Assembly (NCBI RefSeq): GCF_000009045.1
Contig: NC_000964.3
Span: 1,323,732-1,363,731 of the forward strand
Length of the DNA stretch: 40,000 nt
DNA from: Bacillus subtilis subsp. subtilis str. 168
GTDB lineage: Bacteria > Bacillota > Bacilli > Bacillales > Bacillaceae
Direction of reading: 5' to 3'
Shown: piece by piece, positions 27,644 through 36,669 of the stretch
How the letters are laid out: each line of letters opens with the position of its first letter
Position numbering within the stretch: the first letter of the stretch is position 1
The notes under the pieces: generated by a model
Told to the model about the DNA's origin: nothing
Databases searched by the model: none
What the model saw: the letters and a program-made list of their open reading frames with translations, nothing else
Made by a program: the position numbers and the translations under genes

Positions 27644-28960
27644 TCAGCTTGCTTTTCGTTTTTTCATCCCGTAATAAACAGGCAGTCCGGCAAGGCCGAT
27701 GAGGATGGATAATCCGCAGCTCATTGTATCTGTAATGAGTGTGCTGCCTAACACAAAGAAGGAGCCCGCGATTGCCAGAATTGGCATAAATGGATAAAGC
27801 GGAACACTGTAGGCGCGCTTTTCTCCCTTTGCTCGCTTGCGGAGAATAAACACTGCAAAAAAGGCCATCACATAAAAAATGTAGATCATGAAAATGGAGA
27901 TTTCTGAGAGCTTATCAGGGTTGCTGATCAGCATCATAATCAAAGCCAAAGCAATTTGAAAAGAAATCGCAATCCATGGTGTGCGGAACGACGGGTGTAC
28001 ATGTGACAGTTTTTCAGCAAATGGAAGCTGTTTGCGTTCCGCCATTGCAAATGAAACACGCGGGAAAGAAAGCACCTTTCCATTTAAGCACCCAAAGATG
28101 CTGACGATAATCCCTACACTGATCAGCTTTCCGCCAATTGAACCGAACAGCATGGTTGCAGCGGTGCTTGTCGCATTTTCACCAAGCGTGACAATTTCGT
28201 TCGCTGACAGGATGTGAAGCAATGCAAAATTAATGAAAATATAGATCGCCGTTACAATTAATAATCCGCCCGTCATAGCGCGTGGCAGCAGCTTTTCGGG
28301 ATTTTTCATTTCTCCGCCGAGAGCGGCAAGGAGAATCCATCCGTCATAAGCAAACAACGTAGCTAAAATAGCCGCCCCGAAGTTCATATCAGAAATGCTT
28401 TCGTTTACTGCTGTGAAGATGTGCTGATCGCCTTTCCAAAGGCCAAAGACGATGATGCAGGCAATCGGAATCAGTTTTCCGATCGTTGTCAGCGTTTGGA
28501 CAAAACCGCCGTATTTTGTACCGATAATATTAATGACGCATAAAAAGAGAACTGCTATAATTCCAATGACTTTTGATAGTCCAGATCCCCAGCCGAAAAG
28601 ATTCGCCATTAAAGATCCAAAATATAAACCCAGCGCGCCAATAATCGCCGGGCCGTAAATGATAATCTGCACCCAGCCGCACAAAAATCCCCAAAACTCG
28701 CCGTACACTTCTTCAAGGTACGTATAAAGCCCGCCGGTTTTTGGAATCTGCGTTCCGATTTCCGCGATTGTCAAACCGCCCGCCAGTGTTAAAATACCGC
28801 CTAACAGCCAGGCGAAAAGCGCCATTTTTGAATCACCTGAATAAGCAAGCACAGCGCCGGGCTTCATAAAAACACCAGAACCGATAATGGTTCCGATGAC
28901 AAGAGTAAGGGCAAACAAGAGGCCTATCTCTTTTTTCAAACCGTTGTCTTCAGTATGCAT
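27644..28960 (-). CDS. steT: Serine/threonine exchanger SteT (amino-acid permease, APC superfamily)
   Basis: 438-aa APC permease, GTIIGSGVFMKPGAVLAYSG. Confidence 0.93.
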   Translation of the reverse strand: MHTEDNGLKKEIGLLFALTLVIGTIIGSGVFMKPGAVLAYSGDSKMALFAWLLGGILTLAGGLTIAEIGTQIPKTGGLYTYLEEVYGEFWGFLCGWVQIIIYGPAIIGALGLYFGSLMANLFGWGSGLSKVIGIIAVLFLCVINIIGTKYGGFVQTLTTIGKLIPIACIIVFGLWKGDQHIFTAVNESISDMNFGAAILATLFAYDGWILLAALGGEMKNPEKLLPRAMTGGLLIVTAIYIFINFALLHILSANEIVTLGENATSTAATMLFGSIGGKLISVGIIVSIFGCLNGKVLSFPRVSFAMAERKQLPFAEKLSHVHPSFRTPWIAISFQIALALIMMLISNPDKLSEISIFMIYIFYVMAFFAVFILRKRAKGEKRAYSVPLYPFMPILAIAGSFFVLGSTLITDTMSCGLSILIGLAGLPVYYGMKKRKAS

Positions 28961-29308
28961 GTCCTTAACCTCCTATGATGTTGAAGCTTCATGTTGAAGA
29001 ATCTATTTTTTCATATTGTAAACCCTATTTTAGAAAAGTGAAATAAAATAAATTTTCTGATTTTCGAAATTTGCTTTGTGTACAGCAGATAAAACTGTAG
29101 AAATACCTGTTTTAATGGTCTATAAACGAATAAAATTCATAATTTTTATTTACAAAGTTCGTGTTTTATGTATTAGGATTTTAGCCGGTACAGAGGGGAG
29201 ATGAGAATTCAGAAAATGAACGAACCTTCGGTGAAGCTGATATGTTGACTTTCTCATGCGAATAAAATACTTTGTTATTAGAACAATAAATATACAATTA
29301 TGATATGA

Positions 29309-29326
29309 TATCTCGAAATCGAGATA
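29309..29326. promoter_or_regulatory. Perfect inverted repeat upstream of mhqA, probable MhqR operator
   Basis: TATCTCGA-AA-TCGAGATA, 8-bp arms, ending 7 nt before the CTGGAGG RBS region. Confidence 0.8.
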
Positions 29327-29348
29327 AAATAACCTGGAGGGACAGCAT

Positions 29349-30299
29349 ATGAAAGTTAACGGCATTCACCACGTATCGGCATTAACGGCCGACGCACAAA
29401 AAAACTTGGATTTCTATAAGAAAGTATTAGGATTAAAGCTCGTCAAAAAATCCGTCAATCAGGATGAACCGACAATGTACCATCTGTTCTACGGAGATGA
29501 AGTGGCAAACCCGGGAACTGAGCTGACGTTTTTCGAGATTCCCCGCATTGCACCGTTTCATGCGGGAACAAACAGTATTTCTTCTATTGGATTGCGCGTT
29601 CCAGGCACAGAAGCCCTGCATTACTGGAAAGAACGTTTTGAAGAGCAGCAAGTAACGCACAGCGGCATCTCCAAAAGAGCCGGACGTGACATATTGGCAT
29701 TTCAAGATCATGAGGGGCAGCGACTTGTGCTGACTGCTGATGAGGAAGGAAAAGGATATGGCCTGCCTGTTAAACAGAGCGGCATTCCGGAAGAATTTTC
29801 GTTTCGCGGGTTAGGGCCGGTTGAACTGACTGTGCCATATGCTGAACCAACTTTACACGTATTGACGAATATTCTTGGATTTACAGAAATCAGCCGTGAA
29901 CCAGTCGAAGGGCAAGGAACCGCCGTTATTCTGGAATCAGGAGAAGGCGGTGCTGCAACGGAAATCCATTTAATAGAAAGAAACGATCTTCCGCGAGAGC
30001 GTCAAGGCAAAGGGAGTGTTCACCACGTCGCATTTCGGGTAAGAGATGAAGAAGAACTTGCCGGGTGGCACCGGATCATCAGCCGCGAAGGCTTTAGCAA
30101 TTCAGGCATAGTTGAGCGCTACTATTTCAAGGCGCTGTATTTCAGAGAACCGAACGGCATTTTGTTCGAGTTATCAACAGACGGACCGGGCTTTATGGTA
30201 GATGAAAATCTTGATGAGCTTGGCCAAACGATTGCTCTTCCGCCATATCTAGAGCATCGAAGAGCAGAAATTGAAGCAAAATTGAAACCGATCCAATAA
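29349..30299 (+). CDS. mhqA: Ring-cleaving glyoxalase/dioxygenase-family protein MhqA (YkcA)
   Basis: 316-aa two-module VOC protein, start MKVNGIHHVSALTADAQKNLDFYKKVLGLKLVKKSVNQDEP; RBS GGAGG. Confidence 0.92.
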   Translation: MKVNGIHHVSALTADAQKNLDFYKKVLGLKLVKKSVNQDEPTMYHLFYGDEVANPGTELTFFEIPRIAPFHAGTNSISSIGLRVPGTEALHYWKERFEEQQVTHSGISKRAGRDILAFQDHEGQRLVLTADEEGKGYGLPVKQSGIPEEFSFRGLGPVELTVPYAEPTLHVLTNILGFTEISREPVEGQGTAVILESGEGGAATEIHLIERNDLPRERQGKGSVHHVAFRVRDEEELAGWHRIISREGFSNSGIVERYYFKALYFREPNGILFELSTDGPGFMVDENLDELGQTIALPPYLEHRRAEIEAKLKPIQ

Positions 30300-30313
30300 A
30301 TTGTGATTCTTTT

Positions 30314-30344
30314 GCCTTCCGGCGCCGCCGGAGGGCTTTTTTTA
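30314..30344 (+). terminator. Terminator of mhqA
   Basis: GCCTTCCGGC-GCC-GCCGGAGGGC followed by T8. Confidence 0.85.
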
Positions 30345-30399
30345 TTACCATAATTAATTTTGACCTAAACAGCATGCCTTATTAGGGAGGAAATATCAG

Positions 30400-30546
30400 A
30401 TGCTGATTGGGAGAAATGGCTTAAAACCCTTTGCAAATATGGGTGATTGGTATGGAATGGCCTCGGCAAAAATATTGTCTTTGTTTATTAATAGTTTATT
30501 CATATTTGCTTGTTACACTATTTCAAAGTTAGACAAAAAGGAGTGA
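30400..30546 (+). CDS. Small single-TM protein ORF (48 aa) immediately upstream of ykcB
   Basis: MLIGRNGLKPFANMGDWYGMASAKILSLFINSLFIFACYTISKLDKKE*, preceded by AGGGAGG; stop codon 8 nt before the ykcB start. Confidence 0.55.
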   Translation: MLIGRNGLKPFANMGDWYGMASAKILSLFINSLFIFACYTISKLDKKE

Positions 30547-30553
30547 AAAATAA

Positions 30554-32704
30554 GTGGAAAAGAAAAAACGCGAGCTGGATATCGTCCTCCTCCTCATTTT
30601 GCTCGCATCTGCATTCTTAAATATCTATAACATTTGGAAGGACGACACGGTGAATCCTTATTACACCGCGGCAGTTACAAGTATGATGCAAAGCTTTCAT
30701 AATTTCTTTTATGCTTCGTTCGATGCTGCCGGCTTTATAACAGTAGATAAACCGCCTGTTACATACCAAATCCAAACGATCAGCGCACTGATATTCGGTA
30801 TGCACGGCTGGAGCGTCATCCTGCCTCAGGCACTTGCTGGTGTAGGTTCTGTCCTTCTTATGTACTTGCTGATAAAGCCGACATTTGGAAAAACGGCGGC
30901 GCGTATTGCCTCATTTGTTATGGCATGTACGCCGATAGCTGTAGCTGTAGCACGTACAAACAATGTTGATGCATTACTGGTATTTTTCTTATTGCTTGCT
31001 ACATGGCTTCTCTTTAAAGCGATCAGAAAAGGAAAGCTGATCTGGCTGTTAGCAGCATTTTTCGTTGTTGGAGTAGGTTTTAATACAAAAATGCTGCAGG
31101 CTTACATGATTTTACCGGCTTTCTTATTGTTCTATCTGATTGCGGCAAACGCCACAATCAAGAAAAAAATCGTTTCATTGGTAAGTGCGTTAGCCGTATT
31201 AGCAGCCGTTTCGTTATCGTGGCCGCTCATTGTTGACAATATCCCTGCAAGCAAGCGGCCTTATATCGGAAGCAGCCAAACCAACTCTGTTTTGGAATTG
31301 GCTTTCGGCTATAACGGAATCCAGCGGCTGACAGGCCAAAATTCAGGCGGCGGCCAGGGTGCGCCAAACAAAGACGCTTCAAAAGAAATGTCTTCTTCTG
31401 ATAACACTCAAGCACCGCCTAATCAGTCATCAAGCAACAGCTCATCAAGCGATGGTAAATCCTCAAATGGCAATATGGCGGCGCCTCCATCCAATGGCCA
31501 AATGCCAAGCGGCGGTCAAGGAGGCCCTCCAAGCGGCGGAGATGGCGGCCAAGGCGGACCCGGCGGAGACGGAGGGAAAGGCGGTACAGGAACCGGTTCG
31601 AAAATGCAATCAGGTTCAGGGATGTTTGGAACGGGAACACCTGGTCCACTGCGGCTTTTCCAACAAGAGTTATCTGATCAAATCAGCTGGCTTCTGCCAT
31701 TTGCGATATTTGGAATCGCAGGCTTACTGATCGCTGGCGCAAGAGAAAGAAGAAGATTATCTGTAGAGCAGAAGGAAACGGTGTTCTGGGTTGCGTGGCT
31801 TGTACCGATTGCCGGATTCTTCAGTGTCGCAGAATTTTTCCATCATTATTATCTCATCATGCTGGCACCGCCGATTGCGGCTCTTGTCGGTGCGGGGTGG
31901 GTCGCTCTTGTTCATCTGTACCGCAATCAGACAGGCTGGAAAGCATGGCTTTTGCCGGGAGCAATTATTGCGACAACTGGATTTGAATTGTTTATTCTCA
32001 GAAACTACAACGATCAAATCGGTGTTGGATGGAGTATCGGGGTAGGTGTTATCGGCGTGTTGTCAGCGATTGCTTTGCTGCTGTTTAAACAGCGCCAAAA
32101 ACCGTTCAGTTATTATGTTTCACTTGCAGCTCTCCTCGCATTGCTGGTGATGCCGATGTATTGGGCAAGTACACCGCTTCTGTACGGAGGCAACAGCTCA
32201 CTGCCTGAAACAGGCCCTCAACTCGCATCAATGAGCGGAAAAGGCATGGGAATGTCTGATGCGACTGTAAATGAAAAACTGATCAAATATCTAGAGGAGA
32301 ATAACTCCGGAGCTGAATACCTATTCGCCACAACCGATTCGAACACAGCGGCACCATATATCATTAAAACGAAAAAAGCTGTCATGGCTATTGGTGGATA
32401 CAGCGGTTCTGACCCGGCAATCACACTGACTCAATTCAAAAAACTTGTAAAAGAAGGAAAAGTGAAATACTTCTTGGCTTCTGGAATGGGAAGAGGCGGA
32501 AACAATGACATTGTTGAATGGGTTGAGAAAAATGGAAAAGAAGTAGCATCAGAAAAATGGCAATCAAGTTCTGATCAAAAAACAGAAAATACTGATTCAG
32601 CTGATACATCAAGCAGCAAGGCTTCAGGTGAAAACGGCAAAATGGGCGGACCTGGCGGAATGAATCAGTCAGCAACATTATACGAACTACATGCTGATGA
32701 ATAG
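30554..32704 (+). CDS. ykcB: YkcB, multi-pass glycosyltransferase of the ArnT/PMT family
   Basis: 716 aa; GFITVDKPPVTYQIQTISALIFGMHGWSVILPQ; GTG start with AAAGGAG. Confidence 0.92.
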   Translation: MEKKKRELDIVLLLILLASAFLNIYNIWKDDTVNPYYTAAVTSMMQSFHNFFYASFDAAGFITVDKPPVTYQIQTISALIFGMHGWSVILPQALAGVGSVLLMYLLIKPTFGKTAARIASFVMACTPIAVAVARTNNVDALLVFFLLLATWLLFKAIRKGKLIWLLAAFFVVGVGFNTKMLQAYMILPAFLLFYLIAANATIKKKIVSLVSALAVLAAVSLSWPLIVDNIPASKRPYIGSSQTNSVLELAFGYNGIQRLTGQNSGGGQGAPNKDASKEMSSSDNTQAPPNQSSSNSSSSDGKSSNGNMAAPPSNGQMPSGGQGGPPSGGDGGQGGPGGDGGKGGTGTGSKMQSGSGMFGTGTPGPLRLFQQELSDQISWLLPFAIFGIAGLLIAGARERRRLSVEQKETVFWVAWLVPIAGFFSVAEFFHHYYLIMLAPPIAALVGAGWVALVHLYRNQTGWKAWLLPGAIIATTGFELFILRNYNDQIGVGWSIGVGVIGVLSAIALLLFKQRQKPFSYYVSLAALLALLVMPMYWASTPLLYGGNSSLPETGPQLASMSGKGMGMSDATVNEKLIKYLEENNSGAEYLFATTDSNTAAPYIIKTKKAVMAIGGYSGSDPAITLTQFKKLVKEGKVKYFLASGMGRGGNNDIVEWVEKNGKEVASEKWQSSSDQKTENTDSADTSSSKASGENGKMGGPGGMNQSATLYELHADE

Positions 32705-32715
32705 GAGGCAAAAAC

Positions 32716-33687
32716 ATGAGCAGACATATTCAATATTCAATTGTTGTACCTGTGTATAATGAAGAGCTTGTCATTCATGAAACCTATCAGCGCTTAAAAG
32801 AGGTCATGGATCAAACGAAGGAAAACTACGAGCTGCTTTTTGTCAACGATGGCAGCAAAGACCGCAGTATTGAGATTTTAAGAGAGCACAGCCTGATCGA
32901 TCCGAGAGTGAAAATTATTGATTTTTCAAGGAATTTTGGACATCAGATCGCCATTACGGCAGGTATGGATTATGCACAGGGGAATGCAATCGTCGTCATT
33001 GACGCCGATTTGCAGGACCCTCCTGAACTGATTTTAGAAATGATTGAAAAGTGGAAGGAAGGCTATGAAGTCGTGTACGCCGTACGGACTAAACGAAAAG
33101 GGGAAACCTTTTTCAAAAAACAAACCGCGGCTATGTTTTACCGGCTTCTCAGCGGTATGACAGATATTGATATCCCGATTGATACGGGGGATTTTCGCCT
33201 CATGGACAGAAAAGTCTGTGATGAAATGAAGAGATTAAAAGAAAAAAATCCATTTGTAAGAGGGCTAGTCAGCTGGGTGGGTTTCAAACAGACAGCGGTC
33301 GAGTATGTACGTGATGAAAGGCTCGCCGGAGAAACAAAGTACCCGCTCAAGAAAATGCTGAAGCTGTCAATGGACGGCATCACGACATTTTCACATAAAC
33401 CGCTGAAGCTGGCAAGCTATGCGGGGATTTTAATGTCAGGTACTGGATTTCTGTATATGTTTATCGTGCTGTATCTGAAGCTATTCACAGACAGCACGAT
33501 TACCGGCTGGTCATCACTTATTGTGATCCAGCTCCTGTTCAGCGGCATTGTCCTTCTGATTTTGGGCGTGATTGGCGAATATATCGGCAGAATCTACGAT
33601 GAAGCCAAAGACAGGCCGCTTTACATCGTCCAAAAATCGTATGGAATTGAAAATAAAAGACTCTATAGAGACCAGCATATGTCATAA
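32716..33687 (+). CDS. ykcC: YkcC, GT2-family polyprenol-phosphate glycosyltransferase (GtrB/DPM-like)
   Basis: 323 aa; YSIVVPVYNEELVIHETYQRL, VIDADLQDPPELI, two C-terminal TM segments. Confidence 0.93.
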   Translation: MSRHIQYSIVVPVYNEELVIHETYQRLKEVMDQTKENYELLFVNDGSKDRSIEILREHSLIDPRVKIIDFSRNFGHQIAITAGMDYAQGNAIVVIDADLQDPPELILEMIEKWKEGYEVVYAVRTKRKGETFFKKQTAAMFYRLLSGMTDIDIPIDTGDFRLMDRKVCDEMKRLKEKNPFVRGLVSWVGFKQTAVEYVRDERLAGETKYPLKKMLKLSMDGITTFSHKPLKLASYAGILMSGTGFLYMFIVLYLKLFTDSTITGWSSLIVIQLLFSGIVLLILGVIGEYIGRIYDEAKDRPLYIVQKSYGIENKRLYRDQHMS

Positions 33688-33693
33688 CCTCAA

Positions 33694-33725
33694 ACCCCCT
33701 GTCCGTAATGGACAGGGGGTTTTTA
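33694..33725 (+). terminator. Terminator of ykcB-ykcC
   Basis: ACCCCCTGTCC-GTAAT-GGACAGGGGGTTTTT. Confidence 0.92.
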
Positions 33726-33870
33726 TGCTCTGAGCACGATCTAAAGCAAAAGATGCTGATAGATATATGGAAATTGGGTAAAGAAGAGATTGTGAGCTTG
33801 TACTGCGGTTCAGTCATGCTGAAATAAAAACAGCAAAACTTAAAGATTTCGTCCTCGGCTTTGCTGCATG

Positions 33871-34047
33871 TCAGCTGTTATATTGGGGGGCTTTTAAGAA
33901 ACGCATGATTAGAGCCGTACCAGTTATGTTTAATAGAATACTCGTACCCAATACAATTCCCCACGTCAACGTCGATTCAGAGAGAAGAAAGCTCAGCAAA
34001 AGAAAAGCCAATCCTGCGCAGATCATACCCAGTCCCACGGTTTTCAT
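33871..34047 (-). CDS. Small two-TM membrane protein, 58 aa
   Basis: MKTVGLGMICAGLAFLLLSFLLSESTLTWGIVLGTSILLNITGTALIMRFLKAPQYNS; AGGAGG seven nt upstream of the third Met of the track ORF. Confidence 0.65.
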   Translation of the reverse strand: MKTVGLGMICAGLAFLLLSFLLSESTLTWGIVLGTSILLNITGTALIMRFLKAPQYNS

Positions 34048-34164
34048 GTTCATGCCTCCTAGCAAACGATGTTTCTAGCATCTGATGTGAATGATGTCAA
34101 TCTGTATGATATACGGATATCTCGTCAGAAAGTTTCATAGAACAATTAGGTCTTTTATCTAATA

Positions 34165-34197
34165 AAAAGCCTCAGACCGCTTTTACGGCCTGAGGCA
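34165..34197 (-). terminator. Terminator of htrA
   Basis: GCCTCAGGCCG-TAAAAG-CGGTCTGAGGC-TTTTT on the minus strand. Confidence 0.85.
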
Positions 34198-34204
34198 TTA
34201 TGTC

Positions 34205-35554
34205 TTACGAAGTTTTCTCTTCTTTTTGATCCAGTTTAATTTTTTTCGTCATTTCTTTGCCGTTTCGGAGAATTTTCACTTCAACGGTATCACCGATCTT
34301 TGCGTCTTTATATAAGATATTGCGCAATTCACTGCCTGTATCAATTTCTTTACCTTTTAGGCCGATGATAATATCCTCCGCTTTTAATCCGGCCTTTTCA
34401 GCAGGAGAGCCTGAAGCGACCTCACGGATGTAAACGCCTTTATTCAGCTGGCTGCCGAACAGGCCGAGTGTGCCTTCTTGGTAATTTTGCGGCACTTGCT
34501 CTAGATCAAGCATGCTGACACCGATATATGGACGTTCAATTTGTCCTTTAGACAGCAATTCTTCAGCAATCGGTTTTACGTCATTGCTTGGAATGGCGAA
34601 TCCGATACCCTCAACATCATCCTCACTGATTTTCATACTGTTAATGCCGACAATTTTGCCGTCTGTATTTAACAAAGGACCGCCGCTGTTACCTGGATTA
34701 ATTGCTGCGTCTGTCTGAATGACGTTAATGCTCGTTTCGCCGGCTGATGTAGACATTGAAACCGTTCTGTCCACGCCGCTTACAATTCCTTGTGTTACTG
34801 TGCGGGACAGGTCTTTTCCAAGCGGATCCCCAATCGCAATAACGGTCTCGCCTGTTCTAAGATCAGATGAATCACCGAAGTTTGCCACTTTTGTGACGTG
34901 GTCATCACTGATTTGGAGGACGGCTAAATCAGTTAACGAGTCACTGCCTACCAGCTTTGCAGTAACCTCAGTGCCGTCATATAAAGATACCTTCAGTGAT
35001 GATGCCCCTTCTACGACGTGGTTATTTGTAATGATATAAGCCTTGCCATTCTCTTTTTTGAAAATGACACCTGACCCTGAACCGCTTTCTGTATCTTCGC
35101 TGGAATCAGAAGAACTAGAGCCGAACAAAGAGCTGTTTGATTGTGCCTGAAGATTTGTAATACCGACAATCGCTGGTGAAAGGTCTTCTACCATATCTGA
35201 GATTTTAGAAGAGTCCTCGCTCTTGAATGCAGATGAGCTGCTTGAGCTTTTTTTAGATTCAGAGGAGGTGCTTGTTGCTGTAACAGATTGCGTTTGCTGC
35301 TGGCTGGATGATTGTTTTGCAGTGTCCTGAGAATCATGGTCACCAAGCGGTGTAAACGTGTAAATGCCAAGAGCAAGACTGCCGCCGATCACTCCGCCAA
35401 GCAACGGTCTGAACCATCCGAATCCTCGTTTTTTCTTCTCCTGATCATGAATGACATTGCGGGCCGAGTAGGAGGCGCTCTGATCGTTCTCTTTCGTTAA
35501 AAAGACCTCATTCTCATTACCTTTCGTTCTGTTTTCATCACGATAGTTATCCAT
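34205..35554 (-). CDS. htrA: Serine protease Do-like HtrA (YkdA), membrane anchored with PDZ domain
   Basis: 449 aa; ITNNHVVEGA, DAAINPGNSGGPLLN, C-terminal PDZ domain. Confidence 0.95.
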   Translation of the reverse strand: MDNYRDENRTKGNENEVFLTKENDQSASYSARNVIHDQEKKKRGFGWFRPLLGGVIGGSLALGIYTFTPLGDHDSQDTAKQSSSQQQTQSVTATSTSSESKKSSSSSSAFKSEDSSKISDMVEDLSPAIVGITNLQAQSNSSLFGSSSSDSSEDTESGSGSGVIFKKENGKAYIITNNHVVEGASSLKVSLYDGTEVTAKLVGSDSLTDLAVLQISDDHVTKVANFGDSSDLRTGETVIAIGDPLGKDLSRTVTQGIVSGVDRTVSMSTSAGETSINVIQTDAAINPGNSGGPLLNTDGKIVGINSMKISEDDVEGIGFAIPSNDVKPIAEELLSKGQIERPYIGVSMLDLEQVPQNYQEGTLGLFGSQLNKGVYIREVASGSPAEKAGLKAEDIIIGLKGKEIDTGSELRNILYKDAKIGDTVEVKILRNGKEMTKKIKLDQKEEKTS

Positions 35555-35722
35555 CATGTTCACTCCGTTTCTCTATTTTCACATGTCTATTTATATTGAT
35601 AGGTTTATGACTTGAGTTTATCATAAACAAAAACTGTGGGATAAAAATGAAAAGATTATGGGAAATTGTGAAAAAGTGCGGAAAACGGTACACTTCATAT
35701 TGTATATGAAAGGACTGAGTCG

Positions 35723-36541
35723 ATGGAACAGATTGGATTGATTGGATATGGCAGCATGGCGGATATGATCGCTAGACAGCTGTTGAAACATGAACAAATA
35801 AAAGAGAATGAGCTATTTATTGAGACGAGAACGAAGGGGGAGCGGCTGCGGGCACTCATGTCAGATTATCCAAACGTATCGGCTGATCCGTTGGAGAATT
35901 GGGCAAATACGTGCCAATTGATTTTGATATGCGTCCCGCCACTCCATGTCATCGAAACAATGCGCCGTCTGTACCCGTATGTGAACAGAAATACTCACAT
36001 CGTATCCATAGCTGCCGGTGTGCCGCTGCGTCTTTTGGAGGCAGAAACAGAAGCCGGTATCTCACGTGTTATTCCTGCCATTACGTCCGAAGCAGAAGCC
36101 GGCATCTCACTTGTCGTTCACAGTGAAGCACTGGCTGCAGAGAAAAAAGAACGTCTGAATGAATTGTTATCGGTTTTCAGCCGTGTACGGGAAATCAAAG
36201 AATCGAATTTAGATGTGGCCAGCAATTTAACGAGCTCGGCACCGGGATTCATAGCTGCAATCTTTGAAGAACTGGCACTGTCTGCCGTCAGAAACAGCAG
36301 CCTGTCCAAAGAAGAAGCCTTTGATTTTCTGATTCATTCGCTATACGGAACTGGCAAGATGCTGATCGAAAAAAATATGTCTTTCGAGGAGACGCTGGAA
36401 CGTGTTGCAACCAAAGGCGGAATAACGGGAGAGGGAGCTGAGGTGATACACGCCTCTGTGCCGGACGTTTTTGATGAGGTATTTGAAAGAACCCTGAGAA
36501 AATATGAACTGCTTACAGAACAGGTTGGTAAACAAACATGA
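35723..36541 (+). CDS. proG: Pyrroline-5-carboxylate reductase ProG
   Basis: 272 aa; P5CR fold, IGLIGYGSMADMIARQLL. Confidence 0.9.
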   Translation: MEQIGLIGYGSMADMIARQLLKHEQIKENELFIETRTKGERLRALMSDYPNVSADPLENWANTCQLILICVPPLHVIETMRRLYPYVNRNTHIVSIAAGVPLRLLEAETEAGISRVIPAITSEAEAGISLVVHSEALAAEKKERLNELLSVFSRVREIKESNLDVASNLTSSAPGFIAAIFEELALSAVRNSSLSKEEAFDFLIHSLYGTGKMLIEKNMSFEETLERVATKGGITGEGAEVIHASVPDVFDEVFERTLRKYELLTEQVGKQT

Positions 36542-36568
36542 ATCCTTGAAAGAGGATTCTTTTTTTAT
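36540..36568 (+). terminator. Terminator of proG
   Basis: GAATCCT-TGAAAG-AGGATTC followed by T8. Confidence 0.8.
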
Positions 36569-36599
36569 CACTGAATGATTGAGATTTTTCCCAGTTATA

Positions 36600-36628
36600 T
36601 TGCATTTTTCCTCTTTTTTTAATATAAT
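36600..36628 (+). promoter_or_regulatory. SigmaA-type promoter of the dpp operon
   Basis: TTGCAT (36600-36605), 17-nt spacer, TATAAT (36623-36628), with an AT-rich AGAATATTCATAATT tract downstream. Confidence 0.7.
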
Positions 36629-36669
36629 TTGTTAGAATATTCATAATTTAGTAAAAAAGGAGGAGCGTT

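Noticed and set aside
29201-29248. 15-codon ORF behind GAGGGGAG in the region before mhqA
   Set aside because: Too short and too weak to claim; no downstream coupling, so left out of features.
31359-31730. 123-aa + strand ORF inside ykcB
   Set aside because: Alternative frame through the repetitive Gly/Ser codons of ykcB; no RBS or domain.
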